Positions 1 through 13,193 of a stretch of 64,000 nucleotides of DNA are shown piece by piece. A program made the translations under genes and the position numbers. The stretch is taken from the NCBI RefSeq assembly GCF_009914755.1, contig NC_060935.1; one strand, written 5' to 3'. The stretch is from the human T2T-CHM13v2.0 reference genome, Homo sapiens. The notes under the pieces are model-generated. The model ran no database searches, was not told where the DNA came from, and saw only the letters and a list, made by a program, of their open reading frames with translations. Numbering within the stretch: position 1 is the stretch's first letter; the number at the start of each line of letters is the position of its first letter.

Positions 1-819
<819 letters not shown>

Positions 820-833
<14 letters not shown>

Positions 834-1015
834 TACTCTTATGTTCAGCTGCCCCTGACTACCTCTTGACTTTGGGGACAAGTTACTTAATCTCTGTGCC
901 TCCGCTGTTTCACTGGTAAATGGGAATAAGAGTTGGTTATTCTAGGGTTGTAGGGTTGTTGTAAGGATTAAATGAATCCGTATGTGAACAGCATTTGGTG
1001 CCTGGCACATGTGAG
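820..1015 (+). mobile_element. MIR fragment
   Basis: MIR core: ggacaagttacttaatctctgtgcctc...gtaaggattaaatga...gtgcctggcacat. Confidence 0.75.
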
Positions 1016-1019
1016 CTCA

Positions 1020-1416
<397 letters not shown>

Positions 1417-2913
1417 TTATCCCACCTCTGTTAGAAAGCTCCCAGGCTGCTAAGGCAGCCTGTTCTGGAGAGTTCTTATAAAGGTCTTCCACAGGGTGTT
1501 GAAATTTGCTGCAACTTCTATCTTGATCTTGGTTCTGCCCCATAATATGAACCCAGAAAAATCTAATCCCTTCTTCCATCTAACAAGCGTGATGTTTCTC
1601 TTAGTTTTTCCTCCCAATCCTAAACACCCTCAGGTCTGTTAACCATTCCACCTATGACCTGGTTCTGAAAGCTCCCACCCTCCTATGTCTACTAAGAATA
1701 CAGCAGCCACAGGTGAACACAGTACATCTCACTGGAGCCAATCTCTCAGCTGGATGACACCCATCTGTTCAAAAGGTCAGGATTGAATTGGCATTTCAGG
1801 CAACAATTCCCCCCTAAGAGCGCATAATGAGTACAACCTGGCACCACCAAGGCGTTTTCACAGACACCGCTTTACAGCAAGGCCTTCTCTACTGCTCTGT
1901 GCTGCAGGACCGAATTCCCCCTGGGGCTGAGTTTTCAGCACTGACTTTAAATGACAGGGCAGGAGATGCAGGTAGTTCCGGGGAGGGAAGGATGGAAGAA
2001 ACTGCTCAGTCTCAGGGTTGTACAGTTTACAGATAAATTGCTTTTTATTCCCTTGGATGGCAATGGTGAGGAGTGGTAAATTGCAAGATTCCTGATTTTG
2101 TCTAGGATGAATGCCGTGATGCTAATGGAACTATATTTTCTAAGTATAACTTACTAATTGCAATCCTGATCTCCTTCAGAATGATAATGAATATACTCAT
2201 TAATTATAAAGTGGTACAAAATGAAATGATAATGGGGCCCCTTATGATGCTGTAATATTCTGCATTTAGCTCACTAATAAAACGACCAGAGTAATAATAC
2301 CTCACATTTATGCACTGAACTCAAACATTTCAGATGATCTGAATGTGCCTCTCTCTCTCATGCAAACATTATGTAGAAACAAACACATATATACATGTTT
2401 TCATCTCCACAGATACACCGTAAGATACTCCATTGTTCCTCCAACACCTTCTTCACAGATGAGGAAAATCAGAATCAGAGGGATTAAATGACAAAGTTAT
2501 CGTATTTATGATAGCTGCAAGAGCAGAATTAAGGTGCTCTGACTCTTGTTCCCACACTATTTACACTAAATTATGTTGGGCTGACTTTTTTTCTATTGCA
2601 CAAGTTTAAAGTTAGCTGTTTGGATGGCAGTCAGGAATTTCTGGATTCCAAGAAACTGTGGTATGAATAAGGGAAATGGATCATCTATCTTATTGACTAA
2701 GTGTTAATTTTGTATCATGGTCCTTTGATTTTGAAAATGGACCCCTTGCCCACCAATACCCACTTCCTACATGCTTCTCCCCAAGAAGGTCGTGAAGCTC
2801 AGAAATTCTTTTTTTCTTAGGAACACAGAATACTAGCTGAAAAAAGATAACATTACTGAGTCAGTTGATTAGGGCAGACTGGCCCAGGACTTCCACTGTG
2901 AGGAGACACTTAC

Positions 2914-3803
2914 CTCTGCTGGGCACCTTATTTTTACTGAATGCAGCAGTTGGCTGATGACCATAGGGATGTATCCCCAATTCTTGGGCATGACTCACAG
3001 TTCCTAGCAAAGATTCAGGGTCCCCAGGTCCACCGGTACTCAAGAGCAGAGGGCTGTCATGGCAACCTTTGGTCAATGTACTTGAACTCTTACTGTCTTG
3101 GAAGCCATCCTTGGCCCCCTCACACGAGCAGTCCTCCTCCATGCTCTCTGAATGCATCAGTGCCGGCTGGTGAGCATACCCGTGGGGCGGGGTGGGTGAG
3201 GAAGCCTGTGAGACACATTCTTGTGCCCTGATTTGTAGCAGATGCTGGGGGCTGGTGTGATGGTGATAAGAGTCAGCATTTTGATAAGATAAAGCCTGGC
3301 GCTCTGTCATGCTCTGTCCCCCAAGGCTGGGAGCCAGACTCCCCGCATCCCCTTGGTTCATGTGCCTGAACAGTTCCTGGTATTCTTGCTGTTGCTGCTG
3401 TTGCTGCTGCTGCTGCCGTTGTTGCTGCTGCCTTTTAATGAGCTGTGCAAACTCTGTTGGGGGCAGCCGGATGTCCGAGTGGCCGGTGAGCGAATGCCGG
3501 GGAGAAAGCAGTCCTTGAAGGATGTGGGGTACCTGCTGGTGTCTTGTATAGTCTGGCGGCGTGGGAGACAGCAGGGCCTGCTGTAGTGCCGACGTGGTAT
3601 AGTGTGGCGGCTGCTGATGTGCACTGGGAGGGAAGGTGGGGAATTGGTCAAGTGGAGGGACTTTCAGGGCTTGGGTTGGAGAGAACCCCACTCCTGTTGA
3701 AGGGCTGTAGCTGCTGGGGGAACCCCGGGACTGGTCCGAAAACAGATGGGGGTGTAAATGCGCCTGGTCGTAGTTAGCAGGGGAGAACCGATTCACGTTC
3801 AAG
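2914..3803 (-). CDS. SIK3: SIK3 exon 21 (large Pro/Ser/Gln-rich exon): LNVNRFSPANYDQ...QQQQRQQQQQQQQQQEYQELF...SKNKVPSR(E)
   Basis: ctgcag| acceptor and G|gtaagt donor; 890 nt; inside ORF 2861..3940. Confidence 0.97.
3386..3430 (-). repeat. Interrupted CAG/CAA poly-glutamine tract Q4-R-Q10
   Basis: Codons read CAG CAG CAA CAA CGG (CAG)4 CAA CAG CAG CAA CAG CAA. Confidence 0.95.
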
Positions 3804-4368
3804 CTGCAGACACAAAAGGGAGTACCAGACATCCATGTAACAAGTACTAGACTTCCTGGGAACAGCTCCTCCTCCTCAGTAGGGAGAACCCACTGGTACA
3901 GAGAACTGTGGTGTGACAGAGAAGTGGCAGATGTATGCATTGTCCCTATTTATTCCATTACTGGCTTGTCCAGTAACCTCCAAGGGACTGAGGGCACTGC
4001 GTGGGTAATAGATCTAGCTCATTTTGAAGGAAGCAACTTCAAGATGCTCCCTTCAAGAAAAGGGGAACTGGAATTTTTATACATTCCTCTAACAGGCCAT
4101 TTTCTTCTTTGCAAGCAAATAATAAGGTAGCAAATAATAAGGTAGCTTTCCCATTTTCCACCTCAGTCTCATTAGAATTTTAACCCTGGGTCAATAAAAA
4201 GCTGACAAGTTCATTCCAAACCCAGCATCCTGATTTTAGAAAGCGTGAAACAAGAGCACAGCCTAGTCAGACCCATTCTCCTTCCCTCCTTTTCTCTCAC
4301 TCTGCTAAGGGGCTTCCTCCCACCTGGATCCCATGCATAGATGGCTGGGTGACGTTAGGCGGTCTTAC

Positions 4369-4708
4369 CTGTGAGCCTCTGCACTGTCAGCACTCAGCTG
4401 CTTGGACAAGGGACGGTGCCCATAGCTGAGGGTGGCCATCAGGTTGGTACGGTGCTGCATCTGCATCTGACCAGCACTGGGGCTGATGGAGATGCCGCGC
4501 CCACTGGAGCCTGCAGCTGTGCCTGGCATGTTGCTGAGCATGTCAACAGGCTCTTGGACTTGGATGGTGACCTGCTGTGACTGAGCAGGCTGCTGCATAC
4601 CCAAGCAGGTTAGTGCCACGTTGGGAGGAGAGGAACAGTTCTCAGGTTGCTGCTGAAAGATTGCACTGCGGGAAGGTAAGCCTTGAAACTGGGAAGAAGA
4701 TGCAGCCC
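4369..4708 (-). CDS. SIK3: SIK3 exon 20: AASSSQFQGLPSRSAIFQQQPENC...PLSKQLSADSAEAH(S)
   Basis: ctccag| acceptor and AG|gtaaga donor; 340 nt; inside ORF 4365..4751. Confidence 0.96.
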
Positions 4709-4807
4709 CTGGAGAGAAAGGAACCTCAGAGTGACCAAGTGCCCAGGCCACCAGCCAGCCAGAAGTAATGAGAGCTAATGAGAATACTCAGACGACATAC
4801 CAGCTAG

Positions 4808-5442
4808 AACAGTGCTTCTCAAACTGCACTGAGCATAGGACAAGTCTGGAGAACTTGTTAAACAGAAGATTCCTGGGTCCTATCTATATAATTCTGTTTC
4901 AAACTCTGATTCAGTAGGTCAGGATGGGCCCCTAAGAATTTGTGTTTCCAACAAGTTCCCTTAAAAGCTGGTCCATGGATTACATGGGGTAACTCGGATC
5001 TAGGCAGTGCTTCTTGAACTTTCACGTGCACACAAATGGCCTGGCATCTGGTTAAAAATGCAGACTCTAGGCCGGGCGTGGTGGCTCACACCTGTAATCC
5101 CAGCACTTGGGAGGCCGAGGTGGGCAGATCATGAGGTCAGGAGTTCGAGACCAGCCTGGCCACCATGGCGAAACCCTGTCTCTACTAAAAATACAAAAAT
5201 TAGCTGGGTGTGGTGGCGGGCGCCTGTAATCCCAGCTACTTGGGAGGCTGAGGCAGGAGAATCATTTGAACCCGGAGGTGGAGGTTGCAGTGAGCCGAGA
5301 TCATACCACTGCACTCCAGCCTGGGTGACAGGGGGAGACTCCATCTCAAAAAAAAAAAAAACAGACTCTAACAGGTCTGGAATACGACCTGAGATCTTAC
5401 TTTTTCTCCCAATATTGGTGGCTGGGGGACCCCACTTTAAGT
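4808..5442. mobile_element. Two adjacent MER5-type (hAT-Charlie) MITEs, the second split by an Alu
   Basis: cagtgcttctcaaact...tgattcagtaggtc and cagtgcttcttgaact...ttaaaaatgcagactct...gaccccacttt motifs. Confidence 0.7.
5070..5361 (+). mobile_element. Alu (AluSg-like)
   Basis: Full dimer with A-tail; TSD cagactcta. Confidence 0.93.
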
Positions 5443-5821
5443 AGGAAGAGCCTAGAGGCCAATTCAGACTCTTCTCAAGGATCCTAGGGAGACTGACTAG
5501 GGACGTAGCTCGTGGAGTGTTACTCAAGAGATCCTAAGACGGCTGACCTCTGAAGACTCACAGTCACATTATACTTATCTTCACTCCCATCTATACACCC
5601 ACAAGAGAGGGGCCCACGTGTATAGTAGACAGCCAAACGGAGGCATGTCTATAAGGAAGGTTCTGGTAGCTGCTTTTTATTTGGTAGGGCTGGAGGTTTT
5701 GTTAAAAATATTAATAATAGTAAACCTTTATTGAGAACTATTTTGTGCCAGAGACTGTTCCAAGTGTTTTACGTATATCTACATACTGTACCATAATTAT
5801 CCTCAGTTGACATTTGAGAAG

Positions 5822-6171
5822 TAATATGGTTTGGCTCTGTGTGTACCCACATCTTGAAGTGTAGTCCCCATGTGTCAAGGGAGGGACCTGGTGGGAGGCG
5901 ACTGGATCACGGGGCAGTTTCCTCCATGCTGTTCTCATGATAATGAGGGAATTCTTGAGATCTGGTTGTCTGATAAGTTTCTGGCGCTTTCCCCTGTGCA
6001 ATCTCTCTCCTGCCACCATGGAAGATGAGCCTTGCTTCTCCTTCTGCCATGGTTGTAAGTTTTCTGAGGCCTCCCCAGCCATGTGGAACTGTGAGTCAAT
6101 TAAACCTCTTTCCTTTATCAATTACCCAGTCTCAGTCAGTTCTTTAGAGCAGTGTGAAATGGACTAATTCA
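5822..6171 (+). mobile_element. THE1D-like ERVL-MaLR solo LTR inserted into a MIR
   Basis: Starts taatatggtttggctctgtgt and ends gtgtgaaatggactaattca; 5-bp TSD agaag at 5817-5821 and 6172-6176. Confidence 0.88.
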
Positions 6172-6377
6172 AGAAGTCAAGTTAACTTACCCAAGGGTTT
6201 ACAGCTAAGAAACTGATGGAACCAGGATGCAAACCAAAGCAGCTTGGCTCTAGAGTCCATACCCCTGAATACTATGTTATTCTGCCTTTCAAATGGTTTA
6301 TGGTGCTCAAAACTGAGACCATCATTTTTTCCCATGTGGCATAAAATGAACTGTTTGGTCTGAACCTCTCCACTCAC

Positions 6378-6487
6378 CGTGAGGCTGGATCATGGCACTG
6401 CTCATGGGGGGAGGACTATTACTGGGCTGCCTGAAGAGATGGTTGTTGGGGTGGTTGGGGGGTGGGCTTGAAGGCTGAATCCTTAAC
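6378..6487 (-). CDS. SIK3: SIK3 exon 19: LRIQPSSPPPNHPNNHLFRQPSNSPPPMSSAMIQPH(G)
   Basis: tttaag| acceptor and G|gtgagt donor; 110 nt. Confidence 0.95.
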
Positions 6488-6944
6488 CTTAAAAATAACA
6501 AAAGAGATACACAAAGAAGCTTCCTAAGGTGACAGTACAATCTTAAGTTTCAGCCATACAACATATATCAGTGGAAACTATTTTTTTTTACTTTGATAAG
6601 CCTCATGTTAGAAAAATATACATAAGCCATCCACCACAGTGTATTTAAAACCTATCTACATCTTGTTTGAAAAGAACTCAGCCAAAATGGCAGAGTTCAT
6701 TGTGGGCCTATGTCTGGCTCCTGTATTAGATATCAGATTACTTTGCTCATGGGGCTAAGGAAATGAAGTGGCACAGGAAGTTGGGATTTCAAGAAGGCTC
6801 CTGAAATTTACAGTGGTTTCTCTCCTTTTCAAATAGATTCTTGCAAGATGAATGCTCAAGTCAGTCCATATCTCCCAGTGAGTCAAGCCAAGGGTACCAT
6901 GCTATCGAGACAATGGCTTAGGCACAACACAAAATGACTCATAC

Positions 6945-7030
6945 CTCTGGAGCTGATGGGTAAGGAGGGCTGGCTGATTTTCACATGCAGCCTGAAGAGG
7001 TGGAGATGGCTGAGGAGGACAGATAGAGTC
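6945..7030 (-). CDS. SIK3: SIK3 exon 18: DSICPPQPSPPLQAACENQPALLTHQLQ(R)
   Basis: ttttag| acceptor and AG|gtatga donor; 86 nt. Not in the ORF track. Confidence 0.94.
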
Positions 7031-7305
7031 CTAAAACATATATGGGGAAAGGAAAAAAATTATTGTGAGCTTGAAGATTACTCAGAGCTATTCTCAGGAA
7101 GGGAAGAAACAGAAAGAACTATCTGTGTCTCAGATTTATGCTTTTGTTGTTCACCAGAAGGTCTGATTACCTTTACTCAAACATGTCAACCATAAACAGA
7201 CCTCAAATCCACTTTGCACTGAGTGGTCTCCTCCAAAATGCACGGGCAAATCAGCCTGAAAGCAAACTCCAAACAAGTTGGAGAAAGCAAAGAGTGAGGG
7301 CCTAC

Positions 7306-7431
7306 TTGAATTTGTTGCTGGAGAATTTGATGGTGCTGCTCCTGCTGGTATAACATATGCTGCTGCTGGGTCTTCTCCAGGGTTCTTTCATCAATCTGCC
7401 CCCCGTACATCTTCTGCAGCTGCTCACACTC
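7306..7431 (-). CDS. SIK3: SIK3 exon 17: ECEQLQKMYGGQIDERTLEKTQQQHMLYQQEQHHQILQQQIQ
   Basis: cttcag| acceptor and CAA|gtaggc donor; 126 nt. Confidence 0.96.
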
Positions 7432-7892
7432 CTGAAGGGAAAGTAGTTAATACAGATGGGATGCAGCCAGACCCGCCTCATGCAGTGATTTCAGCAGATG
7501 CAGATCTGCCTCCAAGCTCTCATGGGCAGAAAGAGCCGCAAGAGAACAGTGTCCTTGATGAGCAATTAACTCATTTACCTAAGTATCTGGTGCACTAAAT
7601 AGATTCACATCCTGTTCTGTATGAATGAATGGAAAACATCAAGGATGGCCTTTGTATGAGTACAAGTGTCCAATGTGAAATCTGTGTACAAAGCACATGC
7701 CATTGGAAGCTTGGTCATCAGGAAGGCAGAAAGGAAATTGGCTCTTTATAGAATCTTTATAGTACAGAAACATATAGAGGTACATTTCCTTCCTCTGAGA
7801 GTGCCGTTCCATACCACCTGGAGAGAATGCCAGGTGGTAACAATGTACAGCAGGTTTAATCAAGACCCAGCATCCTAAATCATGCGCAGAGT

Positions 7893-8254
<362 letters not shown>

Positions 8255-8349
8255 CTAGAGACAGGAGAAAAATTTAGTCCCTTCACAGGGGAAGGAAGTT
8301 TGATCCTGGGGAGGGCTGTACATAACACAAAGTAAAGAAAGTGCATTAG

Positions 8350-8632
<283 letters not shown>

Positions 8633-8771
8633 CAGAAAGCTATACTTTTTTAACCTATAAAACTGCAATGTTGCTGACATAAAAGGGGTACGTTTACCAC
8701 CCCAGTCCTCCTGCAATCCTGGCCTCTGTCACCCATGCTCCTCCAGGGATGCCTGCCACCTCTTCCATTAC

Positions 8772-8922
8772 CTGCTGCAGCTGTTTGATGCTGCTGTTGT
8801 TGCCCATTTTTTCCAGGTGAGCTTTGAAGGCCTGGATGCTCGCAGCCCCATCTGAGAACCGGCGCACAGGGGAGAAACGCTCCGTAGGGAGGTGCAGAGT
8901 GTTGGAGTCCTTGTAGGTAGAG
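8772..8922 (-). CDS. SIK3: SIK3 exon 16: STYKDSNTLHLPTERFSPVRRFSDGAASIQAFKAHLEKMGNNSSIKQLQQ, PKA site RRFS (S626, or S674 with exon 15)
   Basis: attcag| acceptor and CAG|gtaatg donor; 151 nt. Confidence 0.96.
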
Positions 8923-11504
8923 CTGAATATATAGGAAGAGAAGGTTAGAGGCTAGGACTCAGGGGCTTTGACCAAATCACACAGGGACTGCTGTTCCAGA
9001 TGAACATAAAGACGGCTGGCTGCCCAGGTAGCCCTGCATATTATGCCACTTTCATGCCATTTCCAGACATCAGTCGTTTCCCTAGCCTGCTTCCCTTTAG
9101 AGGGCTCCAGGTGTACATCTTCCATTTCTACTTACCTTCGGTTGGCTTACTTTCCAAGCCTGGTGAGGTCCCGAGATCAAGTACATCCAGTTCTTATAAA
9201 TACACTAGGCCAGAGAGAAAAGCTTCTCAATATCCTCCAGGCCAGACTGTACAGAAGCTCTTGCTTTTATAATCATATGTCTATCTAGTGCCTTTAGAAA
9301 CCTTAAATTCACCATTTGAGCCAAAGTTTTCCCTGAGCAATGATCTCCGTATGGCCAGAGGGAAACAACAGTCAGTTTTGTGGTCAAAGGTCTGGCCTAG
9401 AACTCATAGGTTCTGTGACAGAAAATAGAAGGTGGCGATTGGGGTGGGGGAAAATGAAGACTTCTGATCCTGGGATGGAGACAACAAATTCTTAAGGAAT
9501 GTGGGCCTTGAGATCCTGCACGTACCTGGTCAACAAATAAGGTCACCTACTGTGAAAATCAACTTCTCAGAGCAGCAGCACTCACCCAACCTCCTAATGA
9601 AAGAGGAATCATATGGATTACCTTCAAAGACCCCACTGCTCAACTGGAACACAGCCAGAATCTTACAGAAAGAAAGAACAAGCTATTGATAAGGAATGCC
9701 TAAGACAGCATCGGGGTTAGAAGCTAACACCTACTCTTGTGACCTGATGATCAGAAAGAGATGTTTATGGGCTGAGGTAAGCAGATAAAAGACTGCCAAG
9801 GCAGCAGCATTCCAGTAGCAGATGGAAAGGATCAGGGTTTCATGTCCAGGGCAGAGATGCCATTACACTGAACTTTGGATGAAATGATGTGCTACCTTGC
9901 CAGTGATTCATTTGGGACTGAAGCAGAACCACAGCTCAGGAAGCAGGTTAACAAGCGAGTTCAAATACAATGCAGACAGCGCGGGACCAGGAGGAATCTA
10001 ATGACCGTGCAGAGGTATCCAGAGAGTTCTGGCAGCAGGTGAAAGCCTTTTACCCTGTCTTTGCTAATGATGGCTTTTGTTTCAGACTCTACCTGAGGCT
10101 TGACCCAGCAGTGAGCTAATGAAATGAGCACGAACATGTATTTGGTTCAGCAACACAAAAAACAAATGAATTTGGGGGGCCACAATCCAGGAACAGGGAT
10201 CATGAAGGCTGTGTTGAGAAGCATTTCCTTATAACTTGTCATTTCTGTTTCTACTTCAGGTTGAAGTAGAAGCAAGTAAGTACTATTTTCTCCTAAAATT
10301 TGATTCCTATGCTTTCAATGTTTTCTGAAATGGACATGTTTCTGATCCCCTCAGAAAGCCATGTTCTTCAAGTAGCAATACAGTCTTTCTGCACAAAAAT
10401 AATTCTCTCCCATCACAGAAAATCCCAGGTCCAGGTATTTCATGACTTTTTCAGAAGCTCAGGTTGTGAAGAGACTGATACCCAGGTCAGTCCAGCACAG
10501 TAACCTCAGAGGAACGGTTCTGATGCAGTTGCTCATTTGAGAAGCACTGATAAGTATCAATTGTGCTTGATTTTATTTTTATTTGCAATCACACTCAAAT
10601 TCAGGATGGCCTCGCATTAGGCTGATACTCCCACACTATACTCTTCAAGGAGGGACTTGGTTTCCCACCTGGATAAAATCTATCTTGTGTTAGTTTAAAA
10701 AAATTTTTTAGTTACACTTTTTAAAACATTTTTAACCTTAAATTACACATTTCCAGAAATGAAAAGGTTGATTAGACCACTCTTCTGTTTCCATGTTGAA
10801 CTTCATCTCTTCTACCCCAGAAGGATAGCTATATATACTGTTCTTTAATCATTTCCTCCAGAAAATGAAAGGAATTCAAGAACCCATGCAGGCCACCCGT
10901 ATTCCATGTTTTATAGCCTTGGAAAGTTTCTCATTTCCCCTGAAGACTGGCTTTAATCTCTTTTGCTGCATATTTGTATAGTGATCCCATCAAGACATGC
11001 TGGGTTTGCACAAATGCCCCATCTTATGCAATTTGCCACTCATAAAACATCATTTTCTTCCAATTCGAATAGGCTTGGCCACAGGCAACCCTCAAAACAC
11101 CAAAAAGGTTCACATGAAAACAGACAGCAGATAGATTTCCAGCAGGCAAGGCCTTGACAATGACTCTAGGCAGGGTGGATATCACACAGACAGAGCTGTG
11201 GTCCAGTGTGGACCTCCTTGAGTAACAAATGTCAACAGAATATAGGGTCTGTGATAAAGCCTGACTCTGGAAATGTGACGATCTTCATGTTCCCCTCATA
11301 AGAAGACCTCCTGAGGAACACCTAGCATTCAACAAGGATACCTAAAGGACTTCAGCTAAACAACAGACTCAGACAAGGGCTGAAACATTAAGTGTCAGGC
11401 TGTGGAGGAAGGGAAGAAGGAGACAAGGAGAAAAGAAGGAATAAAGGGTGTATTAGATACCAGTGTAGAGCTTGAAGTTATGAGAAATCACAGGAAACGT
11501 ATAG

Positions 11505-11843
<339 letters not shown>

Positions 11844-13049
11844 TCAAAGTGCTCTTTAGTGTGTACGAACACTGTAAGTCCTGAGAGACTTTCATTAGAA
11901 AAAGCCTGTCTTTCTGTGCCATCAGAGTTTTATTTGAGAATTGTCATTCTTGCTACTCCTGACAGACCATTTTTACCAAGTTACTCATAGTCATTTATGA
12001 AAGCTTATCTTCCTTCTTTTAGGGTTCCAACGTGGCACTAATTATGTCCCACTCTGCTCAGAGTTCACTTGCCTCTGCTGATTATGTTGATGCCAAATGG
12101 GTAACCAGCCTCAGTAAAAAAAATGTGTCAAGCTTGCCAGTGCAAGCTGGCTGCAAGATTTCATAACACCACATATATAAACCTAGTTTCCTTGGAATCT
12201 GATTGCTTTTCAACCTTCCCAAGGCTGCTTTTCAGTGTCCTCCCCAAAAGACAGAAATAAAATACGCTCTAGTAACTGGTGGTGGCTTTGAACGTGTGGG
12301 CCATGAGCTTGGGGATAGCTTCGGAGTGGCCAAGACTGAGATTTTTAGTCATCAAGATAGTCACAGAAGATAATCATCTTCTTCAACTAGCAAAGTGTCA
12401 TTCCGCAGCTGCTTCCAGGCTTACTTGGAGTCAATGAAGTTTTCTTGGTCAGGAAGGTTAAACTTGCTTTTATTTCTTCAAGAGAATGGATTATAACCAT
12501 AACCGAACCTAGCAAAAGATTTTTGCCATCAGAATATTGAAAGAATGACCTCTTAAATACATCGCTCAAGAGGATCTCTGCTCTACTATTCAGAAGGGGC
12601 TTTGTCTTCATTTCCAGGCTGGCGGTTCAATGGTAACACGATATGAAATGCTCATTCTTTTGAAGGTGATGGATTATTAAAGGTCAAGTCTATCGATATG
12701 GCTAAAAATCTTCCTGTTTCCAGGTGGCCTTCTGAGAGTTTCACTTTCTTGCAGGTCTCAAGTTCAATTTTATCTATGAATCAACATCTAGAATCATGGG
12801 AATCAAATGCAGACAATAAACAGGTCTGCAAGGTAATGGGAGAGAGGAATCTCGCATTGCTCCAGGGCGCAGTAAAAAACCTTTGCCCTGTGCATTGCTT
12901 ACTGCAAGGAGCTGAGAAGATGTGAGTTCAGGATGACAGCTGGCTTCTATTTAAAGCCACGATGCTAGTCACCGTCGCTGTGAGACTAATCAGAAGGGTG
13001 CCTGTCCGATGAGCCTCAAGGAGCTCGCACAGCTCATGTGGCTACTCAC

Positions 13050-13193
13050 CGATGCTGATCAGGTACCAGGTGAGGAGGCCAGACCCGGGAACGGAAAGGC
13101 TGCTGTCCTAGCTGCCGTTGTAGGTCCGGTGGGATCTCAGCTGTAGGGTTGGTCATGGCCAGTGTATGTCTTTTGGACCTATTTGCCAAGTAC
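13050..13193 (-). CDS. SIK3: SIK3 exon 15 (48-aa cassette): (R)YLANRSKRHTLAMTNPTAEIPPDLQRQLGQQPFRSRVWPPHLVPDQH(R)
   Basis: ttgcag| acceptor and CG|gtgagt donor; 144 nt, phase 2-2, so it can be included or skipped in frame; inside ORF 13046..13321. Confidence 0.9.

Noticed and set aside
3309-3651. Poly-Cys, poly-Leu and poly-Ser ORFs
   Set aside because: They are alternative frames of the CAG/CAA tract in exon 21.
3804-3940. In-frame upstream extension of exon 21 (MHTSATS...) and a nearby taccag acceptor
   Set aside because: The sequence is intronic. The candidate acceptor is out of phase with the exon 20 donor, and there is no promoter evidence for the ATG.
12387-12611. 74-aa minus-strand ORF in intron 15
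   Set aside because: It has no recognisable homology and no in-phase splice link to SIK3 exons that I could establish.
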